Part shown: positions 26,296 to 40,060 of the stretch, in pieces
Layout: each line of letters starts with the position of its first letter
How positions within the stretch are numbered: the stretch's first letter is position 1
From: Octopus sinensis
Lineage: Eukaryota
DNA: 64,000 bases
Assembly (NCBI RefSeq): GCF_006345805.1
Contig: NC_043000.1
Location: forward strand, 39,680,001-39,744,000
Reading direction: 5' to 3'
The notes under the pieces: model-generated
Told to the model about the DNA's origin: nothing
What the model saw: only the letters and a program-made list of their open reading frames with translations
The model's database searches: none
Translations under genes and position numbers: made by a program

Positions 26296-26620
26296 AATCA
26301 AAATCAAATGGAAATTGTAATTGTGATACCTGTGCCGGTGGCACGTAAAAAGCACTCTCCGAAGGTAGCCGATGCCAGCGCTGCTTTGACTGGCTTCCGT
26401 GCCGGTGGCACGTAAAAAGCAACAACCGATCGTGGCCGTTGCCAGCCTCTACTACATTCACGGAGTGGTTGGCTTTAGGAAGGGCATCCAGCATAGAATC
26501 ACTGCCAGATCAGACTGGAGCCTGGTACAGCCTCCTGCTTCCCAGACCCCGGTCGAACCATCCAACTCATGCTAGCATGGAAAACGGATGTTTAACGATG
26601 ATGATGATGATGATGATGAT
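26296..26620 (+). mobile_element. RTE LINE 3' UTR fragment ending in (GAT)n
   Basis: Repeated gtgccggtggcacgtaaaaagca motif and ccaactcatgctagcatggaaaacgg tail; the same sequence terminates the RTE at 31190. Confidence 0.75.
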
Positions 26621-26733
26621 AATGTATATGGTGAAGCAATGTGGCGAAGCAATTAGCTGCCTCCTAATTATAATTATGTTTATAATTCTAGAATATATAT
26701 ATATATATATATATATAGTGTATATACATACAT

Positions 26734-26819
<86 letters not shown>

Positions 26820-26834
26820 TATATATATAGTATC

Positions 26835-28620
26835 ATTCGATGTGGTGAATTTGTACCACAATATCCCACACGATTATGGTATAGAAGCGATTACTTTCTT
26901 GCTAGAAAAACACCAAGAAGAGATCCCAGGACGCATTTACCACAGATTCATAATCGAAGTACTCTAATTCATACTACTGAACAACTATTTCATGTTCGAT
27001 ACAGATTACTATCGACAAAAATGTGGAATTGCAACGGAAACCCGAGCTGCTCCAGTGATTGCGAACCTTGTAATGGGTTACTAGAGCTTAAAATATATCA
27101 ATCATCACTACAAAAATATGGCACCTTATTTCATTGCTATTTAAGGGAGAACTGGAAGAGGAATTTGCACGATTGCTTTATACTTTGGAAGGACAGCATG
27201 GACAAAATCCTCGATTTCAAAATAATGCTTAACAATATTAATAGCGACATACAATTCACCATGGAGCACAGCAATAAACAACTCTCTTTTCTTGAAATCC
27301 TAATCAAAATGGTCAATAACCACATCGAAACAGACATCTCCTCTAAACCCACAGATTATAAACAATACATATTATTCAACTCATGTTACCCAAACACATC
27401 AAAATTAATATACCTTATAATCTAGCGAAAAGAATCTGTACCATAGTTTCGGACACCTATTCTCGTGAACAAAGACTCCTTGAACTCAGATAATACTTCT
27501 CAAAAGACATTACCCAATATCTTTAATATATCTTTAATAAATGATGGCATTAAACGATTTATGGAAAGATATATACGAACATTAAGGGACGTCAACCGAA
27601 ATACTACATCAGACTTAAAAATACTCACATACATCTCCACACATAACCCTAAAAACAACGAAGCCGTTAACATTATCATCCAAAGTCTTCCTATCCTCAC
27701 AGGACATAAAACAATGAACAAAATTTTAGGCTCACACAAAATAATCAAGAGCAGACTGCAACCCAAATCATTGAAAAAATATTAACCAGTTCAAGACTAT
27801 ATCCATTAACAACAGAACCAAAAGTGAAAAAATGTGGTCGTCCTATGTGTGGAACATGCCCCCACCTTTTGGAGGATTCAGAATTCCACTTTAAACAAGT
27901 TAAAATATTTAAGATCAAATCAAATTTCACCTGTGCCTCGGAAAATTTTGTCTATGCCATTACATGCTTAGTGAGTGGTCATAATTATATTGGCCAAACA
28001 GGAATATCACTACATCGAAGAACCACTCTCCACAAAGAACATATCCGCCACCAACAATACAGACAGATACAGGTGTCCTAGGAATCTTAATCCTAATTTC
28101 CTAATTTTCTCCTTCTATCAATGTTCACAGAACACCTCAGTACAAACAAAGAATGAAGAGGCAACTTTCATCAATAAATATCTTCCACAACTCAATATGA
28201 ACACATAACATAATACAGAACACTACTAACCTTTCAATTAATACTACTAACATCCATACATCCCATACACCATTCACATTACAGATCTATATCTACCCTA
28301 ATTGCACCAAATCCAGAACGACTTACCTCCCTTACACATAATCGCTTTACTCAGGGACTAATAGACCTGAGACCGTTCATTAATCGATGTGCACTCAAAC
28401 CAATGATTAGAAAATTCATGAAACCGGTATGCTTTTGAATCTCTTTAACAATTCAGAATAATGACTTTTATTACTTTTATTCCTACCTCAGTTCATCTAA
28501 TTGTATATATCTATCGTTACTTTTCGTAAAATGCCTTTACTTGTTTTTATTTCCAATATGCATTTTCGCTTATAATTCTTCCTACTTTCCCCTTACATTT
28601 CTACGTGTAGATTCTATTTT
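26835..28620 (+). mobile_element. 5'-truncated Penelope-like element (Neptune-like RT plus GIY-YIG) with AT-rich 3' region
   Basis: FDVVNLYHNIPH, YRQKCGIAT..RAAP..ANLVMG, FTMEHS..QLSFL.I, KPTD.KQY; endonuclease region KCGRPMCGTC...FTCASENFVYAITC...YIGQTG..L.RR...H. Confidence 0.88.
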
Positions 28621-28641
28621 CCTTTTGTAACATATTTCTAT

Positions 28642-28710
<69 letters not shown>

Positions 28711-29379
28711 ATGTATGTATATATAACTGGAATTTTGTTGATAACGATATATTTATATCCAGTATATGAAACACATCTTATTATAACTGATATATAATGC
28801 TGTGCAATACAAAATCTAGTTGAAGAACATGAAGCAAACAAGCAATTGTTCCTCTCCATCGTAGAAAAATATAAGATGAAGAATTGCTGACACATAGTGA
28901 GGAATGTGTTGATGTCACTAATATGAAAAATGGTTTCTATGTATATAACTAATTAATTTGTTTTGTTGTAATTTAACCGTCTCTTACTGTTTACTCTCAC
29001 TATCGAAATGTATAAATGTGTGTTTGTGTATATAAAGATATACACAGGTTTGTATGTGTATATATATATAAATAAAAATGGACAACAGAGACAGAGTCCA
29101 CTGCTCAGTTCCAGGAGAGAGCCAACAATTGCCAGCAAAGAAAGCAGACATACTAATGAAAATGATAATACACACATACACACACACGCACACACGTATA
29201 TATAGATATAAATATATATACACATACATATATACACATAGACACACACAAATATTTTGTGTGTATGTGTGTGTATGCGCGTATGTATATATATATATGT
29301 ATATGTATATTATATATATGCATACATACCTACATACATATATATATATATTCAAATATTTTATAATAATGAGTATAAT

Positions 29380-30125
29380 TATAATTAGGGTTAAGCAAAA
29401 TTAGTAGAATGGTATTTAACTGCTATTTCTAAATTTCGGTATGCGGTGAAGCAATTTTGCTGAACCCTAATTACACTAGTGAAAATTAAATTTATTTTCG
29501 CTAGTGTATAACTATGCTCATAACCATAACATTTTTGTGTAAGTTTACCGATAATGGTTCTTTTAGAATTATTAATTGTAAATTGATTAATTAATTTTAC
29601 CCTTTATTATTATTGATAATATAATTCACTCCCTGATAGTAAACTGCAGTTTCTGCGGGGAAGGATGCGAGCTCTAACTCGTTTGTATAAATTCGGAAGT
29701 ACTGTTTTTTTGGATGTTAATCTGTTCGATGGCGCTTGGTCGAATGCCTATCTTAATTAATAGTGCTCTCAAATTTATAATTGAAATACTATACTGAAGA
29801 GGGAAATAAGGTAGTAATAATTTAACATATCTTTAATCCAGAAATGCGTATATAGTTAATCAAAGCCGGGTTGATTCGTTATTTTTTCTCTTTGCCTGCG
29901 TGAGTTGGGAGTATTGCTTTCTGAGAGATATCTTATGGTAGTAGAATGGTATTTAACTGATATTTCTAAATTTCTGTATGTGGTGAAGCAATTTTGCTGA
30001 ACCCTTATTGCAATTATGCTCATAATTATAAAATTTTTGCATAAGTTTACCGAAAATGGTTCTTTTAACATACCGAACTACTTAGTAAAATTATTAATTA
30101 TAAATTGATTAATTAATTTAACCTT
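29380..30125 (+). repeat. Two direct copies (about 29380-29600 and 29935-30125) of a PLE-like terminal repeat, related to 58790-58940
   Basis: Shared gtagaatggtatttaactg.tatttctaaattt...ggtgaagcaattttgctgaaccct block. Confidence 0.6.
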
Positions 30126-30129
30126 ATTG

Positions 30130-30176
<47 letters not shown>

Positions 30177-30812
30177 GCAATAAAAATGGTAAATAATTTT
30201 TCTGTGGTTTTTCATGTAACCAACAATTATTTACCGGTAAATTTCGGTATGTAAATATGACAAATTCATCGTCAGGAACTTTGTAAGGTTTACTATATAT
30301 GAAGCTCTAGTATATATATATATAAATATATTACAGTGTACATTTAAACACATGAGGAATCCGCTCGTGGGATTCAACACGCTAGAAGGAACAGCTAGGT
30401 TCCATAACCACAAAATTAGGGATAAAATTCGACAGGAACGAAATGAAAAAATAAAAACATTTTACCATCTAGTTTCCTGGACCAATTGGTTTCTGATTTT
30501 AGTTTAGCAAATAAAATAACATATACTCGCTAGGTGAAATCGTCCTCAGCAGGAACACCTTGGGTTAAAAACACGAGGCGATCAAACTACATGCCTCTTG
30601 TTTATACATCCTATTTTTTTCCAAAACCAACTGCGCAGCGGACACACTTCGCCGGCAATAAAAAATACAAAATTTAAAAACCGAAGAGAAGCAATGCAAT
30701 TATTTTAGTCTCTAGTACTGATGTAAAATTTCATTTCATCATCATCATATCCTTGTCCAGTTCGCAGCTACTCTCTCTATGTACGGCTTTCATAGCCAAT
30801 AAAATGAAATAA

Positions 30813-31165
30813 AGTAGCTTGCTTACCAACCACATGGTTACTGATTCATCCCCACTGCGTGGCAACTTGGGCAACTGTCTTCTGCTATAGCCTCGGCCGA
30901 CCAAAGCCTTGTGCGTGGATTTGGTGGACGGAAACTGAAAGAAGCCCGTCGTATATACATATATGCATGCGTGTGTATATGTTTGTGTGTTTGTATTTGG
31001 CCCCTAATATCGCTTGACAACCGATGGTGATGTGTTTATATCCCCGTAATCTAGCGGTTCGCAAAAGATCGATAGAATAAGTACTAAGCTTTCAAAGAAT
31101 AAGTTCTGGGGTCGATTTGCTCGACTAAAAGTGGTGCTCCAGCATGGCCACAGTCAAACAAGTAA
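30813..31165 (+). mobile_element. SINE family A (head slightly truncated)
   Basis: Family match. Confidence 0.88.
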
Positions 31166-31189
31166 AGCAGAGAAAGAGAATATATATAT

Positions 31190-34100
31190 AAATCATCGCT
31201 TAACGTCTGTTTTCCATCCTGGCATGGGTTGGACGGTTTCACAAAGGAATGGCAAGCCAAGAGGCTGCTCCAGCTCCAATCTGATCTGGCAAGGTTTTCA
31301 CCTCTTAATGCCCTTCCTAATGTGGACCATTCCAAGAGTGTAGTGGGTCCTTTTTACATGCCACCGTCACAGGAGCCAATCAGGGTAGGGGGGTGGGGCT
31401 GGCATCGACCTCGTTCGGTTGCTGTCTTTACGTGCCACCGACACGGTGAGCCAGTCAGGCAGCACTAGCGTCGGACCATGATTGAATGGTACTTATTACG
31501 TGTCACCAGCACGGGTGCCAGTCAGGCAGCACTGGCATCGGCCACAACTACAATTTTCATTTGATTTCGATTTTGATTTAACTTGACTCAAGCACAGCAT
31601 TCGCCCGACGATTCAAGGGTACTTTTTAAATGGGCTGGTTATGCAGCACTGATATAGGCTACAGCTGTGATCTCACTTTACTTGCCAGCTCTTCTCAATC
31701 ACAGCATATCACCAAAGATCCCGATCTCTTGTCATTGCCTCTGTGAAGCATAATGTTCGAAGGCCGTGCTTCACCTCATCCCATATCTTCCTGGGTTTCC
31801 CCTCGTCCACGGGTTTCTTCCACTGTTAGGGTGTGACACTTTGTCACACAGCTCTACTTATCCATACGCAGCACATGACCATACCAGTACAGCTGTCTCT
31901 CTTGTACACCTCATCTAATGCTTCTTATGTTCAACATTTCTCGCTAGACGCTTACACTCTGTCGTGTGTGCACACTGACATTACACATTCAGTAGATCAT
32001 ACTAGCTTCATTTCTTTCAAGCCTAAGTGTCCTCAACAGTCATGAGCCATGTTTCAGTTCCGTGTAGAATGGTAGTTCGCACACGTGCTTCATACAGTCA
32101 ACCTGTCACTCTGAGCGAGATGCCCTTTGTCCCCAGCAGCGGTAGGAGCTTTCTGAACTTTGCCCAGTGGCAACACTCTCAGAGCATCCACCCCACTACA
32201 TACTTGGTCACCTAGGAAGCGGAAACTATCAACTACTTCTAGTTTCTCCCCCTAGTATGTGATGTAATCTGTTTTCTGAACCACTTCACTGTTTATTACC
32301 CCTGTGCCTCTACCGTACATAAAAACTATCATCCCGGTTAACATTCCTTTGATATTGCTGCACCTTGTATTCGTCCATAGCTTACACTGGGTACATCTTA
32401 TGGAGTTTCTACCTACACCTTTTCTACAGATCGAGCAGGGCCATCTACCTGAAGGGGGTTTATGATTTCCCCGTCTTCCTACTTACTAGGACTTTGGTTT
32501 TTGCTACATTGACTCCCAAACCCATTGATTTTAGATTTTGCTTCCACACCAGAAATTTCTTCTCTAGTTCTCGGAGTGGTTCAGCTATGAGAGTAAGGTC
32601 ATCAGCATAGAAGAGCTCCCAGGGGAAGTCTTGAATTCCTCTGTTATTGCCTGGTGTACTATAACGAATAACAGGGGGCTTGGGACTGATCCTTGGTGAA
32701 ATCTACCTCTACCTGGAATTCTTCCCTATACTCGTTGCCGATCCTCACCTTACTAACAGCATCCCTGTACAGGGCCTGTTCAGCTCTTACTAACTGCTCG
32801 TCTATCCCTAGTTTGCGCATTAGCCACCAGATAAGGGATCAGGAGACCTTGTAAAAGTCTTTTTCCAAGTCAACAAAATACAAGTACAGAGGTTTATCTT
32901 CGGTTAGGTATTTCTCCTGTAGTTGCCTTACCGGAAATATAGCATCAGTGGTGCTTCTACCTGGCACAGAACCAAACTGCATCTCATCTAGGCTAACTCT
33001 CTCCTTAATTAATTTTGCTATGACCCTCTCCGTGACCTTCATCACCTGATCCAGCAATTTGCTACCCCTGTAATTATATCTGTCTAAAGCATCACCTTGA
33101 GCTTTGTAGCAGCTGTCTATGGTGCTGCTACACCAGTCATTGAGTATGACCGTTTCGTGAACTGCTTGATTTACAATACAGGTGACTAGACTATAACCCA
33201 CACAACCAGACATTTTAAGCATTTCAGCAGTGACTCCTGATGGACCGGTGGCGGGGGCATTCCCTGACTTCATATCCTTAATTGCTTTATCTACCAGAGT
33301 GCTATCAATTCGGGTAGCTGGTCCCTCAGCTGGGTCACAATTTGATAGGCTTTCTTCCTCCCACTCATTCTCCACGTTCAGCAGTCTTTCCTAATGGCAT
33401 CTCAAAGCCTCTTTCTTTGCAGAATCATTAAATGCAAGTGCTCCATCATTCATGCGGATACGCTTCTATCGTGTGACATAACAATTCTCTCTCACACACT
33501 GTCTTTTAATCCGAAGAACTACAGTTCATTGGTCCTCACGTCGCTTAGCATTGGTAAACTTCTTTTCTTCTTCTTCTTCCTTGGCTATATATACTTGTCT
33601 CCTAGCCTCTCTTCTGGCTATCTGGTACAGTACCCTGCTACCACAATTCTTCCAGGCTTTCCAGGCCTCTTTCTTTACTCTGATGGCCATATCTACAGTA
33701 TTAATCCACCACCACGTTATCGTATGGTCTGGAAGGGACTTTGCTCCAACCACAGATTTTAGATCTGTTGTGCTCAGTAAGCTGTCACACAGGAATTTTC
33801 AGTTACCCTCTATGTCACAAATCTGTAGCTGCTCCTCCCTCTCAGGAAATTTCTCAATGAGGATGTCCCTAAATCTCTGACCATGAGAAGGGTTCTTAAG
33901 CTACCAAATCCTTCTTTTCTGGATTGGTTTGCTTATTGGCATCCTTCTAGCCTCGAGCCTGAAGTCACTGATGACTAGTGTATGTTGGTGGGGTACATTC
34001 TTCACCAAGCGGTGTTTTTGTATTTAAGAGCAACTATGCATCCAGCTGTCTGATGATGACGAAACCAATCTGGCTAGCAGAGTCGCCTGATTGATAGGTT

Positions 34101-34740
34101 ATCAGGTGACTGGCTTCCTAAAGTTGGTGTTGAAGATTAATAAATTGCTTGCCTCACAGGATCCCAGTAGCCTAGTAGTTTCCTCTTTGTTTCGGGAACC
34201 AGTTCCATGGCCCCCATGGACACTATGGAAAATACTAGATTGCTTTCCGACATCCTAATTAAAATCTCCAGCTACAAAGACGAGGTCATTGTCATTCGTC
34301 TTTGAGCTAGCCTGTAGAAGGATATCATAAAAGTGGTCCTTCTGATTATTTGGTAGGCCTGCTTGTGGGGCGTAGGTAGAGATAATTATAGCTATACTAT
34401 TCTGCAATACAAGCTTAAGCTTAAACACTCTATCGCACTCTGTGACTACATCTCTCACCTTATCCACCTATTTCTCTGCAATGAGTACGCCTACACCCCT
34501 GCTCCGACACTGTTACCTTCCCAGAAGATTTTATACATATATGCTTTGCCTGTGAGGACCCTGGCTGAAGCTTCTCTCAACCTTACCTCTTGTATGCAGC
34601 ATAGATCAACACGTTTCCGTTCAAGCATCTCTGCAGTCTTACTAGACCTACATTTCAATGTGCCTATATTGATAGTGCCAACTCTAAAAACTGGGAAATG
34701 AATGTGGGAGGAGACTGGGAAGTGGAGTTGTTGTTCAGTG
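31190..34740 (-). mobile_element. Near full-length decayed RTE-clade LINE (APE endonuclease, RT, 3' UTR)
   Basis: VGTINIGTL, VDLCCIQEVR, STYAPQAG, VAGDFN; NYRGSKLLDQVMKV, MQFGSVPGRSTTDAIF, FVDLEK, HQGSVPSPLLF; WYGHVLRM; RGRGKPRK.W. Confidence 0.92.
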
Positions 34741-35705
34741 CCTGAAAAGAAGGTTTCCGTATTCGTTTGACAGACATGCTACACCTGTTTTCACTTTTGA
34801 CCTCTCTTCATTCAAACATTCAAGCATGTTAAGATTGTAACCCCTATTGGGAGTAAGCGTAAGTGTTAGCGACATTGTAAGTATAAGTGCTATGAGCATT
34901 GTGAATATAAGCATTACTGGTGCTGCAGATGTAAATAGAATTAAATAAAAAGTAAATATGAATATCAATATGCTAATGTTAGATTAAGTTGGTGGACTGC
35001 TAAACTGATTGCGTCAGTCCTGGGGGAGAGTGAGAGGTGGGATTGCAGGTATAATAGAGGAGAACACAAGTGAGGAGGAGGTTTCCGGGGAGAGAAGCTA
35101 GATATCCGGTATTGATGTTGGGGACGGGAATGGCAGGCGCATCGCGAACAAGCACAGATTAAGGGATAATACAAAAAATATTTAGCCAACATGAAAACAG
35201 GAGTAAAGAAGCTAAAGCTTTGGAGAAATTTCAGTTTGGAGAGACTTCAATAACGAGAGAATATCTTAGGTTAGCCGTGCCTAACGTGGGTGTCAATAAT
35301 AACCGAACACTGGAATGAGCCGCGTGAATGTATGAGAGTGAAACAGGTGTAAAATGTATTTTATATACACTACGGCTGGAAGTGGACGTTATGAATGGGC
35401 ATTTTCGCCGTGGGCAGTAGAGATAGCAGTAAGAATCTGTAGTGGAAATGAAGGATTCTTTAAGGAATTGTACGAAAAATACTAGCTAACATGAAAATAT
35501 GGAGAAAAAAGAAGCTGGGATTAAGAGATAGTACGACAAAATATTTAGCCAACATGAAAACGCAGGGTGAAAGAAACCAAGGAAATTACATGAAGGATTA
35601 AGGAGAAAATCTAAGGCTGAGAGAAGGAGAGATTAGGATTTGGAAGTTATATATATATATTGAAAAGTCAATTTAAATAATTAATTTACGAAAGTACATA
35701 TTAGT

Positions 35706-36069
35706 CGTCGTGGCATTCCATCGTCGAGGGTTCCAGTTGATCCGATCAACGGAACAGCCCCCTTTTGAAATTAACGTGCATGTGGCTGAGCACTCCACAG
35801 ACACGTGTACCCATAATGTAGTTCTCGGGGAGATTGAGCATGACACAGAGTGTGACAAGGCTGGCCCTTTAAAATACAGGTACAACAGAAACAGGAAGAA
35901 AGAATGAGAAAGTTGTGGTGAAAGAATGTAGCATGGTTCACAACAACCCCCTGCCGGAGCCTCTGGGTGTTTTCGCTCAATAAACATTCACAACGCCCGA
36001 TCTGGGAATCGAAACCGCGATCCCACGACCGGGAGCCTACTGCCCTAACCACTGAGCCAATGCACGTCC
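35706..36069 (-). mobile_element. SINE family B with 10-bp TSD
   Basis: TSD acatattagt at 35696-35705 and 36070-36079. Confidence 0.9.
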
Positions 36070-37036
36070 ACATATTAGTAATAAAACATGTTAGATCTAT
36101 GAGTGAATGAATGAAGCGATCAAAATAACGAGAGAGTATCTTAGCTTAAGAGTTTAAGTGTAAACAGGTGAATTATGTTTTTCTTACTTTTATATATCAG
36201 AAGAAATGGCTCGAGTAAAATCACCGAAGAAGGCATTAATGGATGATATAACAATACTAATGATATACAAATCATCCTGGATAGACAGGATGGACTAATT
36301 ACTTGGCCAAGAATGTGTTTTAAGGCAAATAATTAATGCAGTCTTTCATTTGATGAAGGTCAGCAGAAGAAAGTGAAGTTCAAACTAGCAAGAGAAACCA
36401 AGCCGAAAGTTAAAGCGGCGAAACTTGTTAAAAGTTTAGGACGATGGTACACTACCTCATTGTCTAATATGAGTAGATCTATTTAGATCATGGCAGAAAC
36501 AGAGGATGGGTTATAAGCGATAGATAAGTTACGAACTCGCGTCCAGTTTGATCTCCTTGCTTATATATTCCTGAGCATCAATTCTTGTGTACTATTTCAG
36601 ATACTTTTCCTTTGCAATAATGTATGGATGAACAGTTATATGTAGTTAATGGTGTGGTTTTATGCAAATGTAAAGTGTTTTAAAACACCTCTTATCACTA
36701 CATTCAAATGTCTTCAAATATTTCCTGAATCACATGGCATTCTTGCAAACTGGGATGTTGGCAGTAAGAATCAAAGTTTACCAGCAACCACTTTTAACAA
36801 AGAGATCAGGTGTATGTTTACCCTTGATATCATGCGCCATGTGTTTGTGACAAGATCTTTGTTACAATGGAATTAAGCAGGTGAAAGGAATGTTGGTTAT
36901 TGAGGTCTAGAGAATGAGAGGACAATGTTATGCCATACATTTGGTACAAATGTAAAAACAAATTAAGACAAATCTAAGTGAAAAATATTGTTATCAAGCG
37001 ATAATTAGATTGGATAATTGCAACACTATTAGTTTA

Positions 37037-38298
37037 TAAGGGTGTGCTGAAATGATCATAGGGCGACTACGAACGAGCGACGCTAGGGATGTGAAATCTC
37101 GCATGCATTAAGTTCAACACTTCTTATTTATAACTGCATTATTTTATTCCACGTAAACTGATATCTGAATGTACAAAGACTTGAAGTGTGACTAGTAACG
37201 ACCTATTTCGAGAATGGAGAAAATGTGGTATCATGTTGTTATCAAGTATCTGCAGAAAGGGTTTAGCCCCAAGGGCATTCGTGTTAACATCGTTGCTATA
37301 TTAGGTGATGACACTCCACCTTTATCAACTGTGCAAACGTTGGCAGCTGAATTTAGGAGAGCCTTGGAGAGCACCCGATTTCTGGACGTCCTGCAACGTC
37401 CACCACCGAAGAAAACATTTAACATATTCACTGCATGGTGATGGATGACAAGCGATCGACTATAAATCAAATAGCCAATGCTATTAGCATTTTCTGTGAG
37501 AGGTTGAAAAATATTCTGCACAATGAACTTGACATGACGATAGTTTATGCTTAGTAACATTTCTGACACATGTTCAAAAGCACACCCGGCTGGTCACATC
37601 ACACTAAATTCGACATTGTGCGAAGCAGTTCCAGCTGGTTTCCTTGAGCCGTTCCTATTGCAGGATGATTACTGGATTCATCACCTTAAGCCAGAAATAA
37701 TCCATTCAGTGGAAACACACCTCCTCCCCTGCTCCAAAGAAAGCCAATATCGTTCATCTGCACAGAAAGTGATAATCTCAATATTTTGTGATACAAAAGG
37801 CGTTGCGTTTATTGACTAATTTCAGAAGGGCCACGCCATCAATGGAGGGTATTGTACCATCTTACTGAAGCAGTTACAAAATACTATCGAGACCAAATGC
37901 CCAAGGAAACTAATGCAAAGGGTTTTGTATCATCAATACAATGCCCCAGCAGATACGTCCTTGCCTTCAATGGCTGTTGTGCATAACCCTGGTTTTGACC
38001 AAGTTGATCACCTTCCTTCTTCCCCTGATTTACCCCCATCTGACTATCGTTTGTCCATCAACTTTCAAAAATACTCGGTTGGGAATCGTCATCGCAGCGA
38101 CGATGACATCATATTTGCTGCTGATGACGTTTTGAAGTAACAGGATGGAATCGTGTTTACCGATGGGATTCAAGAACTGAAATACCAATGGAAGAGGCGC
38201 GTGGACCACAAGGTTGATTGTGTTGAAAATATCCTCTCATTTGCTTACATTCCGTGAGAGTATCTTTGTCAGTCTATGAACCTTTCAACCGACTTTCA
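37037..38298 (+). mobile_element. Old mariner-family transposon, heavily decayed
   Basis: Degenerate TIRs with TA flanks; MEKMWYHVVIKYL, WIHH..PE, KV...IF.D.KG, YHQYNAP, SSPDLPPSDY. Confidence 0.85.
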
Positions 38299-39379
38299 TA
38301 TGTAGGATGCCTTGATAACAAAAATGAGATTTAGGAAGTTTAGTCTGTTCTGTGGTAGACCTGAAATTTGAGCTATTTTTTGTACCATTGTAAAACGATT
38401 AAAAATGTGGGGAAAAACAGTTGTGGTTCCCATTTCGCCATTGATGATACGAATATCTTACGATAATAAAATATAGATTATTAATAAAGATTAAGGAATT
38501 TCACTATAAAATATATAACATGGAGATATTTACTTCAGATACTAAAGAACTGGAGGAAAAGGATCTCCCGAAAGCAGTTAGGAAGCAATTGGTGGCAAGA
38601 GGGTGAGTAGAAAATAACAATACCTAATTGATTTCTGTAAATTTTACCTTCACTTGAGCCTTTGTATGTCAGAATGACTGAGAACAGGTTCCATTCCTGA
38701 ATTCCATTTGAACTGTTAACTGTAAAATAATTCGATTAAATATATTCATGTAATTTAATGAAATCGAGGTTAGAATGATTGGTAAAATGGATAATTAATA
38801 ATACACAATAGAGTTGATTTTGTCTTTGGCAAGAAGGGGACTAAAAGATGTTGTTGTTTAAGAGTAAACAGATGAGCTAATGACTATGTTTGTCTCACGT
38901 TTTTACTAAGTTTACTGCAAAGAAACAAAATTAATAACCAGAATACGTCTTGTTTATTCCACCGTAAGAATTTGAGATAGGTTTTTCTTGAAACAAATAT
39001 TGTTAGGATCTTTGTGTAAAAAGCAGATAATTTCAACTCGATATAACAAATATTAGAATGAAGTCTTAATCACATGACATATGTCTCTAGATGCTTCCGT
39101 GAAAGACTAAATAGATGACACTGATGAATCATATCATATTCTCTCCAGCCAAGAAGAGAGAATTCTTCTAATGAAATTTACCAGAAAATGAATATTCACA
39201 AGTCACGCCAAACTGGAGGTGACTTCTCTCACTGAAACTGATGTAATAATAACAGAATAGGCTCAGGAGAATTGATCGAATCTAGAGTTCATTGAGAACT
39301 AATCAGAAGAATTATTTGGAGAAGACTCAATTGGGATTGAATTCTACTCAGATTTATCGACTCTTGAAATATGAATGAT

Positions 39380-40060
39380 CATTTGATTTTCAGTATCCTG
39401 TTGGGAACTTTGCAAGGTGATAGACTGCAAAGAGAGGTATTACTTCCATGAACTTTTGAATATCAGATTTGGGCATATTGAGCAGGCGGTTGATTCAATA
39501 TATTCAACCTCATTCACTAAAGGATCATATTGGGACTGAACACAGCATTTCAGAAAAACAGGACCTGGGTTACTCAACCAAGTTGGAATTGATGTCTCAT
39601 TTATAGATTGTCCGGAATAATTGGACATTCTTTGATGGGGAGTTACATTAGATGCTGTAAAAAACAGGAAGCAGATTGAGTGAGGTCCATGTTTCACGTT
39701 TAACTTTTGGAGTGGCAAGCAAGTTCCATAGCTTTCCAAAGAAAACAATTGTATCGTTCACACTGTCCATTTATTTTGGCATCATACGCGCATGTCTTAC
39801 TAGAGGCAACAATTTTAATAGGAAACTATTTATTACAAATTGCTTGACACGATGCAGCAGCCTATATTTAAATACACGTCGCTGGAATACGGAGTATTGA
39901 TAGTATTCAACAAAGATGGTTGTTGAAATACTAATGTCTGCATATGGACGAACAACAGGACGTCTTCTAGAATATTCATCTACCACAGTAAAAATATATT
40001 CATTATGAGCAACAGATGAAAGCAAACCAATAAAGTGTCAGTTAATTCACTGAAATGATT
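39380..40060 (-). mobile_element. Second Gypsy-type integrase remnant
   Basis: YIFTVVDEYSR...P; NVTPHQRM...SIPTWLSNPGPVFLK...YDPLVNEVE. Confidence 0.65.

Noticed and set aside
26296-26480. CRISPR-like repeat-spacer pattern (also motif G and the 35.2-kb motif)
   Set aside because: Only 2-3 copies, irregular spacing, eukaryotic TE context and no cas genes.
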